A DNA stretch of 39,910 nucleotides from a bacterium (GCA_017544545.1 JAFYDY010000090.1:1-39910), one strand, 5' to 3'. Counted from the stretch's first letter, positions 26,568 through 34,255 are shown. Notes: generated by a model not told the origin, from the letters alone. A program made the numbers and translations.

Positions 26568-27521
26568 TTACTTAATTAAAAAGCAGCAACTTTGATGGTT
26601 TGAAGTGACTTGTTTGGGCTGAGGAATTTCCTTTTTGCAGATATCCGTACAATATTCGCATCTCGGATTAAATTTGCAGCCGTCAATTTTTTGTGAAAGT
26701 GCCGGAGGCTGCCCTTGTATTGTTTCCAGTTTTTCCCCTCTGTTCGAAGGGATTGATTTTAACAAGGCCTGTGAATACGGGTGTGTCGGGTTTGTGAAGA
26801 ACTCTTTATTCGGAGCCTGTTCAACAATTCTTCCCGCATACATTACTGCAATATCATCCGTATATTCGCTTACCAAAGCCAAATCGTGTGTTATCAGCAG
26901 GACAGAGGTATCATTATTGGTCTTGATATCATTCAAAATATTCATAATCTGTGCCTGAATTGTAACATCGAGAGCAGTTGTGGGTTCATCGGCAATTAAG
27001 ATTTGGGCATTGCAGCAAAGAGCCATTGCAATAATTGCCCTTTGTTTCATCCCGCCGGAAAATTCATGAGGATAATTGCTTAATCGCGATTTCGCACTCG
27101 GAATTTGCACTGCATCAAAGGCTTCAATGGCTTTTTTTTCAGCTTCTTCACCTTTAAGATTTTGGTGAATTTTTATAATTTCCAAAAGCTGATCCCCTAC
27201 GGTGTATAAAGGATTTAGGGACGTCATCGGGTCTTGGGGTATGAGTGCTATTTTTGAACCTCTTATGTGCTGCATTTCCCTCTCGGTTTTTGATAAAAGA
27301 TTTTCTCCGTTAAAAATAATTTCTCCCGAGGTTATCCTTGCCGTTTTTGGAATAAGACGCAGAATGCTCATTGCACTCATTGTTTTTCCGCATCCGGATT
27401 CCCCCACAACAGAAAGCATTTTACCTTTTTCAAGCGAAAAAGAAACATCAAAAAGTGCCTGTCTGAAATCGTTTTCAAACTGAAATCCCAAATTCAAATT
27501 TTTTACTTCTAATATCGCCAT
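26568..27521 (-). CDS. oligopeptide/dipeptide-type ABC transporter ATP-binding protein (OppD/DppD-like)
   Basis: Walker A GESGCGKT, signature FSGGMKQR, Walker B ILIADEPTTALD and the Cys-rich OppD/F C-terminal extension. No cognate permease nearby. Confidence 0.88.
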   Translation of the reverse strand: MAILEVKNLNLGFQFENDFRQALFDVSFSLEKGKMLSVVGESGCGKTMSAMSILRLIPKTARITSGEIIFNGENLLSKTEREMQHIRGSKIALIPQDPMTSLNPLYTVGDQLLEIIKIHQNLKGEEAEKKAIEAFDAVQIPSAKSRLSNYPHEFSGGMKQRAIIAMALCCNAQILIADEPTTALDVTIQAQIMNILNDIKTNNDTSVLLITHDLALVSEYTDDIAVMYAGRIVEQAPNKEFFTNPTHPYSQALLKSIPSNRGEKLETIQGQPPALSQKIDGCKFNPRCEYCTDICKKEIPQPKQVTSNHQSCCFLIK

Positions 27522-27528
27522 TGATTAA

Positions 27529-27534
27529 ATTATA
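27529..27534 (-). promoter_or_regulatory. TATAAT box 7 nt upstream of the OppD-like ATPase ATG (leaderless candidate)
   Basis: The minus strand reads TATAAT-TTAATCA-ATG. No SD. Confidence 0.35.
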
Positions 27535-27572
27535 TAATGATATTTATATGATGTCTATTAGTAAGTACGGGA

Positions 27573-28112
27573 TTAAATAATTGCTTTTATCGCAAGTGCT
27601 ATCAGTATAATTCCGCCGGCCTTTTCAAGACATTTTGAACATATACTTTTCAGTTTATTACCGCTCCAAAAACCTGTAATTGACATCAAAAACGAGCCCA
27701 AGCCGATTATTAAACATGCAAGCAACAGGTTAGTATGGGTTAATCTTATTGAAGCCCCTGAAACTAAGGCATCTATACTCGTTGCAATCCCCAAACTTAT
27801 AAGACATTTAAAATCCAAGCATTTTACGGCAGCTTTTTCGGGGGCAAAAGATTCAAAAATAAATTTCAATCCGAGGATTAGAAAAATTCCAAAAACAATC
27901 CATTTTGAAAAGGGCATAATATATCTGTACAAAGTGTCTGTTCCGACATACCCTATAACCGGCATGGTTCCCTGAAAAAAGCCCATAACGGCAGCCATTT
28001 TCAAAGAATTTTTTCCTCTGTTTTCGGAAAAAATCAACCCTTGTGAAAAAGACACCACAAGACAATCAATTCCCAATGCTATTGAAAGTAAAATTATATC
28101 AATTAAACTCAA
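27573..28112 (-). CDS. mntP: manganese efflux pump MntP
   Basis: Two DUF204-type repeats (LGIDCLVVSF / IATSIDALVSG). TTG 28112 behind GAGG fits family N-termini. ORF-track ATG 28148 would add 12 aa and overlap the upstream gene by 50 nt. Confidence 0.8.
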   Translation of the reverse strand: MSLIDIILLSIALGIDCLVVSFSQGLIFSENRGKNSLKMAAVMGFFQGTMPVIGYVGTDTLYRYIMPFSKWIVFGIFLILGLKFIFESFAPEKAAVKCLDFKCLISLGIATSIDALVSGASIRLTHTNLLLACLIIGLGSFLMSITGFWSGNKLKSICSKCLEKAGGIILIALAIKAII

Positions 28113-29442
28113 TTTCCACCTCAAACAATCTGTTCCACGGGAAAGCATAATTTATATTACACTCGTCAATACCAAGTTTATTTTTTATAAGACCTTCATA
28201 GACTTGCATTTTTTTATTTAATTCGGATGTGTTTTGGAAGGATAATTTTTGTCTGATATTTGCCTGATAAGCCCAGTCATCAAGAAATCTCGTAAGTTGT
28301 AATTTTTTGAAAGCCACAGGATTATACTTTTCTGCAAAATATTTTATTTTCCCTCCGCAAATCAGGCTTCCAAGGGTGTTGGCAGTTGTATTCCATGCTG
28401 AAAATCCGTAAAAGTTTTTATCGTCTAATTCATTTTTTGAAAGTTCTTTTATGAAATTGTTATCGGCTCCGTTGGCATATCTCACATCTGCAATCATATA
28501 CGGTTTTTGTGGAGTTGTAAAAGTTTTGTTAAATGGTTGAGTATCAACACCCATAACAATTTCTCCCTGATGATCAATAAAATTGTTCACATAAAGCAGG
28601 ATATCAGCACTGTTTTCGTCTGAAATTTCGCATCCGGCAAGTTCAATTTGACTGTTTACCGATTGTTCAACAGAAACATCTTCATAATTGGAAATCAGTT
28701 CTTTTTGGTCAGGCTCCAAAAATACGGGACATATCTTAAGTTTTCCGTTAATTGCTCTGGCAAACAAGCTAAGCGGAATTTCATCGGCTCCGGTTTTTGT
28801 TGTCCCGCCAAGTTTTATAAGTTCTTCGGCTTCCATAACATTTATTCCGAATTGCGCACAGTCATCTTTTGTAAACAGCAGAGTCTCAAAAAGTCCCTGA
28901 TTTTGCCATTCAAGATAGATTTTATTTATCTCAAAATTACGTTTTCTTGTTTCAAGGTAATCATCCAGAATATCATTCGGAATGGAGGAATTTTGCTTCT
29001 CACCGGATTTATGGAAGTTATAAGAATATTCAAAGATTTTTTTGCCGTATTTTGACCAATATTCTTTTTCTTCTTCGTTATAATTATTGTTTGAGATTCT
29101 CATAATGCTTGAAAAGGCATAAATTTTACATTTTTTTTCAAGCAAAATATCTTTTAATTTTTCAATTCTTTTTCGTATCTCGTCAAAGCTTTCGGGGCAT
29201 CTGCGTGAAGGAATAAGACCTCCGTATGCGATGGTGTCGAGAGTTAATATCATTGCATCAATATCTTTGGGTAAATTTTTAAGCCAGTCAAAAAGAGCGT
29301 TTATATCGGCAGTTTTTGTTAAATCTCCAAGAAATTCACGTTTTGGAAGATAAAGCTCAAGGTCTTTGTCAATTTCCGCAATCAGCTTTGGCAAAGTATA
29401 GCAGACCGGTCGGTTGTCTATCGGTAAAAATGCAAGTTTCAT
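28099..29442 (-). CDS. DUF4127-family protein
   Basis: 447 aa. The N-terminal MKLAFLPIDNRPVCY and DTIAYGGLIPSR resemble my recollection of DUF4127; unverified. Confidence 0.6.
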   Translation of the reverse strand: MKLAFLPIDNRPVCYTLPKLIAEIDKDLELYLPKREFLGDLTKTADINALFDWLKNLPKDIDAMILTLDTIAYGGLIPSRRCPESFDEIRKRIEKLKDILLEKKCKIYAFSSIMRISNNNYNEEEKEYWSKYGKKIFEYSYNFHKSGEKQNSSIPNDILDDYLETRKRNFEINKIYLEWQNQGLFETLLFTKDDCAQFGINVMEAEELIKLGGTTKTGADEIPLSLFARAINGKLKICPVFLEPDQKELISNYEDVSVEQSVNSQIELAGCEISDENSADILLYVNNFIDHQGEIVMGVDTQPFNKTFTTPQKPYMIADVRYANGADNNFIKELSKNELDDKNFYGFSAWNTTANTLGSLICGGKIKYFAEKYNPVAFKKLQLTRFLDDWAYQANIRQKLSFQNTSELNKKMQVYEGLIKNKLGIDECNINYAFPWNRLFEVEIEFN

Positions 29443-29491
29443 AATTATATATTGTATGCTAAAATGAAATTAGAGCAAAGGAGTTTACAAA

Positions 29492-30163
29492 ATGTCAGAA
29501 GACAAAAATCCGCAAAAAGTTCAGTCAATGTTTGATGACGTTTCATCTTATTATGATTTTGTAAACAATTTTATTTCGTTTGGGATGCACTATTTTTTGC
29601 GTTATTTAGCAATAAGAGAGTTGAAAATAGAGGCTCGCTCAAATGTTTTGGACACATGCTGCGGGACGGGTGATTTTGTAAAAATTATAAAAAGATTATC
29701 TCCAAAGACAAAAGTTATAGGGCTTGATTTTTCACCGAATATGGTAAAACTTGCAAAACAGAAAAACCCGAAGGGAACTTTTATCGTCGGTGATTGTACA
29801 AATCTGCCCTTTGGCGAAGGCGAATTTGATTATGTAACAAACGGTTTTGGGCTGCGCAATATAGAAAACGGCAGCAAAGCTCTTGATGAAATAAACAGAG
29901 TTTTGAAAAAGGGCGGCAAATTTCTCCATATGGATTTTGGTTACCATAATATTTTCTGGTCAATTCTTGATTGGGTTGTTCCGGTATTGATTAGGGTTTT
30001 GGGAAAAGATCCGGATGCCTACGGATATTTGATAAAAACCAAAAAAGAATTTCCTGAGCCGGATGAGCTGGTTAAAAAGATGGAAGAACACGGGTTCAGG
30101 TGTGTAAAAGTCTGCAATTATATTTTTGGTACAATTAGTGCCCAGATAGTTGAAAAATTATAG
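29492..30163 (+). CDS. ubiE: UbiE/MenG-family (demethylmenaquinone) SAM-dependent methyltransferase
   Basis: VQSMFDDVSSYYDFVNNFISFG N-terminal signature and SAM motif VLDTCCGTGD. SD AAGGAG. Confidence 0.82.
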   Translation: MSEDKNPQKVQSMFDDVSSYYDFVNNFISFGMHYFLRYLAIRELKIEARSNVLDTCCGTGDFVKIIKRLSPKTKVIGLDFSPNMVKLAKQKNPKGTFIVGDCTNLPFGEGEFDYVTNGFGLRNIENGSKALDEINRVLKKGGKFLHMDFGYHNIFWSILDWVVPVLIRVLGKDPDAYGYLIKTKKEFPEPDELVKKMEEHGFRCVKVCNYIFGTISAQIVEKL

Positions 30164-31174
30164 CACCCTGTGGCTTCTGCCTCCTCGCAAAAAGTCACCC
30201 AAGCCGTCAAAAGTTGTTTTCAATATGTAATTGACGGATTCTTCGGTGTCATAAGCTATATGTGGCGTAATTAAAACGTTCGGAAGTTTTGCAAGTTCTC
30301 TTATGGGTTCGTGTGTTTCAATACAGTTTTCTGAGGAAATATCAGCTTCGGAATTATTATTTTGTCTCGGGTTTGGGCAGGCTGTGGTATCAAGTCCTAT
30401 TCCTTTAAACTTGCCGGTTTTTGCCAAATCCAGCAGGGCTTCGTTATCAATAAATTCTCCTCTTGAAACGTTTATGAAATATGAGCCTTGTTTCATTGCC
30501 TTAAATTCTTCATAAGAAAACATATGATAATAATCTGAAGTGTAAGGTATGAGTAAGACTACAATATCAGATTTTTCCAACAAATTTGGCATATCAAGAT
30601 ATTCAACCCCGAAAACATCAACCAGATTTTTGTTAGGAGTTATGTCATATGCTAAAATTTTCATATCAAGGCAATAAGCATATTTGCAAAGAGATGCTCC
30701 GACCGTCCCTGTTCCTATGATACCGAGTGTCAGTTTGTCAAGATCGTGTCCGCAAAAATTTTTAGGTATGAGGGGATTTTTTTCGTATTTGCAGCTTATA
30801 CAAATTCGTCTTACGAGTTGTATAATTACTCCCAATACAAATTGGGCAACGGCCTTTGTCCCGAATGAATCAACATTTATGAGTGCAATATTTTTGTTAA
30901 TGCAGCAATTTATATCAATATGATCATGTCCTGTGGATCTGGTTGAGATTACTCTGAGATTTTTGAATTTTGAAATGATATTGTGGTTAATCTTAGAAGT
31001 TGAACAAACGCTTATTATCATTGTTTCTTCAAAATCTTCTTCGCTAAGGTTACAGATAGTCAATTCGTTCAGGCTCTCTTTAAAAAATTTAATTTCAAAA
31101 CTGTCAAGCTTGTTTTCCTGAAAAAATTTTTCTTCAGCCTGTCTGAAATCAAAAAATAACATTTTACACGCCAT
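30158..31174 (-). CDS. D-isomer-specific 2-hydroxyacid dehydrogenase
   Basis: NAD motif GIIGTGTVG and catalytic-type NVSRGE...TPHIAY. SD AAGGAGAG. The 3' end overlaps the convergent ubiE by 6 nt. Confidence 0.85.
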   Translation of the reverse strand: MACKMLFFDFRQAEEKFFQENKLDSFEIKFFKESLNELTICNLSEEDFEETMIISVCSTSKINHNIISKFKNLRVISTRSTGHDHIDINCCINKNIALINVDSFGTKAVAQFVLGVIIQLVRRICISCKYEKNPLIPKNFCGHDLDKLTLGIIGTGTVGASLCKYAYCLDMKILAYDITPNKNLVDVFGVEYLDMPNLLEKSDIVVLLIPYTSDYYHMFSYEEFKAMKQGSYFINVSRGEFIDNEALLDLAKTGKFKGIGLDTTACPNPRQNNNSEADISSENCIETHEPIRELAKLPNVLITPHIAYDTEESVNYILKTTFDGLGDFLRGGRSHRVL

Positions 31175-31344
31175 AGTACTCTCCTTCGGAATAAAGTTTT
31201 TAACTTTTTATCAGCAAAATCTATTGCCCAAAAGAGTAAAAGACCGGATACAAAAAATGAGTATAAAGTCTAATGAAAAAAGTTTGAAAAAATCGTATTC
31301 TGAAGATATCAAAACAGGTATGTATTGTGCTTCCAAAACGAATT

Positions 31345-31480
31345 CTCTCCGGATAAACGGAGCATGCAAAAAAGCGGAGGAGGTGCATCGGCCGGAGTCG
31401 GATTGCATGACCCGACAAATCCAGTATTGGGTGAAACGGCCGTTGGGGCTGCGGGCATGCTCCATGCCCGCAGAAACCAA
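31345..31480. ncRNA. unclassified GC-rich structured RNA candidate (riboswitch/attenuator-like or sRNA); strand unresolved
   Basis: Sharp GC-rich island in an AT-rich 580-nt gene-free gap. Perfect 11-bp hairpin at 31449-31473, hairpin at 31347-31362, CGGCCG/CGGCCG helix, and a 9-nt alternative pairing (31359-31367 with 31455-31463) that excludes both hairpins. Confidence 0.35.
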
Positions 31481-31557
31481 AAATTTGAGTTTTTCCGTGT
31501 ATTTTTTTTAGTAAATCCGGCAAATTTTACAAAACTTAATATAAAAGTAAATAATCT

Positions 31558-31620
31558 AAAACCATGTCACGACATGGTTTTGCATGTGACAAAATTTCCA
31601 AAACCATGTCGGTGCATGAT
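31558..31620. promoter_or_regulatory. phased CATG repeat array with an 11-bp-arm palindrome and a 42-bp-spaced direct repeat (candidate regulator binding sites)
   Basis: AAAACCATGTC-AC-GACATGGTTTT palindrome (31558-31581). AAAACCATGTC repeats at 31600-31610. CATG starts at 31563, 31573, 31583, 31605 and 31615. Confidence 0.4.
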
Positions 31621-31705
31621 TTCAGCGGAATCAATATTTTGAAACACTTAGTATGCCTGAAATCCAGCTATATGTTACAAAACTTCATATCCTCATGTTT
31701 TAGCC

Positions 31706-31733
31706 TTGAAAAATAAAACTTATTTTCTATAAT
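31706..31733 (+). promoter_or_regulatory. near-consensus sigma70-type promoter TTGAAA-N16-TATAAT
   Basis: TTGAAA at 31706-31711 and TATAAT at 31728-31733. An ATG lies exactly 6 nt downstream (31740). Confidence 0.55.
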
Positions 31734-31751
31734 TGAAATATGAAGTCGTAA

Positions 31752-32060
31752 ATGAGTGATTGCAACGGCTTTGGGGAGATGTTCCGGTATATATTTTGGA
31801 TATCGGTTGGTATAGAAAATAAGTGGAGATTTTATAAATTGTTTAGAAGTAGGGATATGGGAAGATCAGTTGCTGTCAGAAGATGGACTACAACTGCATT
31901 GGAATGCTATAAACGTGGATGTAATTGCGAAGGTTGTTTCTATAGAGATTTCTTTAGCGGCTCTTCACAAAAATGTCAAATGAAGGCATCTGTTTTGGAA
32001 TTAGTCAGAGTAATCGGTACTCCGGATGTAGAGTTGCCTCAATTTTTGGCAGACGATTAA
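31752..32060 (+). CDS. hypothetical small Cys-rich protein (C-x4-C-x-C-x2-C ... C)
   Basis: 102-aa ORF whose ATG directly follows the stop of a 3-codon leaderless mini-ORF (TAAATG). The protein-like part is the C-terminal 67 aa, from alternative ATG 31857 (MGRSVAVRRW...). Confidence 0.5.
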   Translation: MSDCNGFGEMFRYIFWISVGIENKWRFYKLFRSRDMGRSVAVRRWTTTALECYKRGCNCEGCFYRDFFSGSSQKCQMKASVLELVRVIGTPDVELPQFLADD

Positions 32061-32091
32061 TAAGTTTACCCTTTAAAAATTAATTATGTTG

Positions 32092-32100
32092 TGTTATACT
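32092..32100 (+). promoter_or_regulatory. extended -10 promoter TGTTATACT for hpf
   Basis: TGn+TATACT lies 37 nt upstream of the hpf ATG, followed by SD GGAGG. Confidence 0.45.
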
Positions 32101-32136
32101 GACGGCGTATCGGTATAAATAAATTTGGAGGTTTAA

Positions 32137-32517
32137 ATGCACATTCACGTAAACGGCAGAAATATAGACATTACAGAAGCAATCAAAGCTTATGTAAAAG
32201 AAAAAATAGGTAAAGTTGCAACACGTTATGATCAAATTCAGGGAATTGATGTTGTTTTGTCGGTAATTAAAAATCCGTCAGCAGCAGGAAAACATATTGC
32301 AGAAGTTATTTGTAAAACAAATGCAGGTTTGATTCGTGTTGAAGAAGCTGCCGAATCAATGTATGCAAGTATTGACCTTTTGGCAGATAAATTGGCAAGA
32401 CAAATTACAAAATTAAAAGATAAAAACATTTCTTCAGATAAATCTTCTATCAGAACAGGAATAAAAGAAGAAGTTGCAGAAGGTGAATCAGAAGAAGTTA
32501 AAGCAACAGAAGACTAA
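32137..32517 (+). CDS. hpf: ribosome hibernation factor, short form (HPF/RaiA family)
   Basis: 126 aa. S30AE-family N-terminus MHIHVNGRNIDITEAIKAYVKEKI and an acidic tail. SD GGAGG. Extended -10 upstream and strong terminator downstream. Confidence 0.9.
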   Translation: MHIHVNGRNIDITEAIKAYVKEKIGKVATRYDQIQGIDVVLSVIKNPSAAGKHIAEVICKTNAGLIRVEEAAESMYASIDLLADKLARQITKLKDKNISSDKSSIRTGIKEEVAEGESEEVKATED

Positions 32518-32540
32518 TAATTTTAAGTGATAAATCGATT

Positions 32541-32571
32541 ACCACTGTATGAGTGCATACAGTGGTTTTTT
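32541..32571 (+). terminator. intrinsic terminator after hpf
   Basis: 11-bp stem ACCACTGTATG/CATACAGTGGT, 4-nt loop, T6. Confidence 0.88.
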
Positions 32572-32584
32572 ATTGTGAAAGTTA

Positions 32585-32593
32585 TGATATAAT
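32585..32593 (+). promoter_or_regulatory. extended -10 promoter TGATATAAT, 6 nt upstream of the histidine kinase ATG (leaderless candidate)
   Basis: TGATATAAT-ACAAAT-ATG. No SD. It lies just after the hpf terminator. Confidence 0.5.
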
Positions 32594-32599
32594 ACAAAT

Positions 32600-34255
32600 A
32601 TGAGGAAATTTGATTTTTTCAATCAATACTGGAATCCGGTTATTGTGGTAAGGGATTATGAAAACGTTGTTTTTAGAAACAATGCATTTCATCGTGTCTT
32701 TAGTACCTTTGATGATATTCGCAAATTTGCTCATCGTATGAATTTTGAAATATGCCCGATGGATAGCGAAAATGTAGATTTGTGTTCGCCTATATTTCAG
32801 GCAATCACATCAAAAGAAAACTTTTTCGCAAGGGTTTATTATTCCTCTGTTCCGGGACAGACGACTTTTTACGATATGACAGCCGTAAAAAGAGGAAGTT
32901 ATACAATAATTTTCTTTGTTGATGTTAGTTCTGACGTTATGCTCAAAGATAATCAAAAAGAGCGTGAAGCCTTTGAAGATAAGCTGACCAAGCTTGAGGA
33001 AGAAAACGAAGAACTTCAAAAAATCAGGATAAAAGCGCAGGCGCAGGCAATCAGAATAGCACTGATCAATAAATTATCCAATATAATAAGAGAATCAATG
33101 GACATATCTGTCATTTTAAATTCGGCTTTGCGTGAATTGGCAATTATGTTCGGATGCTTTAAAACGTATTATGCCCAAAGTACCGACGGCGGATTTACGG
33201 TCGTTGAAACCTTCGGTGAAAGCAATTTTACCGGTACAAAAATATCCTTTGATGCTTATGCAATGAAGCAGCTTTTGTCGGATAAAATTTCCATAAGTTA
33301 TTCTCTGTCCGAATATGTTGAGGCGGAGCCTTTTAAACAGTCTGTGTTGAGGGTTGTTGTTCCGGTGTTCCATATGCAGAAAATGCTCGGGGCACTTGTT
33401 CTTTTGAGTTATCAAAAACGTGAGCTTAATGAAGAAATAGAAATTCTGAATGCCGTTTCATCTCAGTTGGGGAACGCAATTATAAGAGCTGAACTTTACC
33501 AGAAAAACGCCAAAAACGTTAAGGATTTGAAGGCTGCTCTTGATGAACTGAAAGAAACTCAATTACAACTTATAAATTCGGAAAAAATGGCATCTTTAGG
33601 TCAGCTTGTTGCCGGAGTTGCGCACGAAATCAATACCCCTGTTGCTTCCATCAAGTCAAATAATTCGATAATCTCAAAGCTTATATCCCAAATAGATCAA
33701 CCGGATGTAAAAGAAACCTTTGAGCAGATTAACAATCTGGATCGGGAAGCAATCCAGAGGATAAGTAACATAGTTGTTTCTTTGAAAAAGTTTGTAAGGC
33801 TGGATGAATCTGAACTTCAGGAAGCAAATATAAATAAAGAAATTGACCTGACGCTTGATTTGATACGGCACGAAACCAAAAACAGAATTGAGATAATAAA
33901 AAATTACGGAGAAATCCCGCCTGTCAGATGTTATCCGAATATGCTCAATCAGGTCTTTACAAATATCCTGATGAATGCCTGTCAGGCAATAGAGGGTAAA
34001 GGCGAAATAACAATTACGACTGAATACAAAAAGCCTGATTTGATAGTAAAATTCAGGGACAACGGCAAAGGGATACCAAAAGAAAATCTGAATAAAATTT
34101 TCACGGCAGGATTTACTACAAAAGGTGTAGGAGTCGGTACAGGGTTGGGGCTTGCAATAAGCCAAAAGATAATCGACAAGCATAACGGTACAATCAAGGT
34201 ATTGAGTGAAATAGGGGTTGGTACAGAGTTTATTATTACTATCAAATGTGAGTAA
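32600..34255 (+). CDS. cytoplasmic sensor histidine kinase (N-terminal sensory domain, coiled coil, GAF, HisKA, HATPase)
   Basis: H-box VAHEINTP, N-box NILMNACQA, G1 DNGKGI and G2 GVGTGLGL. No TM segment. No response regulator in the window. Confidence 0.88.
   Translation: MRKFDFFNQYWNPVIVVRDYENVVFRNNAFHRVFSTFDDIRKFAHRMNFEICPMDSENVDLCSPIFQAITSKENFFARVYYSSVPGQTTFYDMTAVKRGSYTIIFFVDVSSDVMLKDNQKEREAFEDKLTKLEEENEELQKIRIKAQAQAIRIALINKLSNIIRESMDISVILNSALRELAIMFGCFKTYYAQSTDGGFTVVETFGESNFTGTKISFDAYAMKQLLSDKISISYSLSEYVEAEPFKQSVLRVVVPVFHMQKMLGALVLLSYQKRELNEEIEILNAVSSQLGNAIIRAELYQKNAKNVKDLKAALDELKETQLQLINSEKMASLGQLVAGVAHEINTPVASIKSNNSIISKLISQIDQPDVKETFEQINNLDREAIQRISNIVVSLKKFVRLDESELQEANINKEIDLTLDLIRHETKNRIEIIKNYGEIPPVRCYPNMLNQVFTNILMNACQAIEGKGEITITTEYKKPDLIVKFRDNGKGIPKENLNKIFTAGFTTKGVGVGTGLGLAISQKIIDKHNGTIKVLSEIGVGTEFIITIKCE

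Noticed and set aside
31345-31480. GC island as RNase P RNA, tmRNA, SRP/4.5S RNA, or a cobalamin, TPP, SAM, glycine or T-box leader.
   Set aside because: I could not find the diagnostic cores on either strand. Missing are GAGGAAAGTCC / ACAGAACCCGGC, a tRNA-like GGTTCGA...CCA end or tag ORF, the GGAA-tetraloop SRP motif, CTGAGA...ACCTGA, the B12 box, and CACCGAAGG...CTCAGGCAA. The island is also too short for RNase P or tmRNA. Only a covariance-model search can settle this.
31211-31642. Four overlapping ORFs on both strands (31211-31480, 31221-31523, 31224-31511, 31325-31642) in the large gap.
   Set aside because: They are mutually incompatible, have highly basic or odd composition, and lack start signals. 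They coincide with a GC-rich hairpin-forming island, which is better explained as structured RNA or regulatory DNA.
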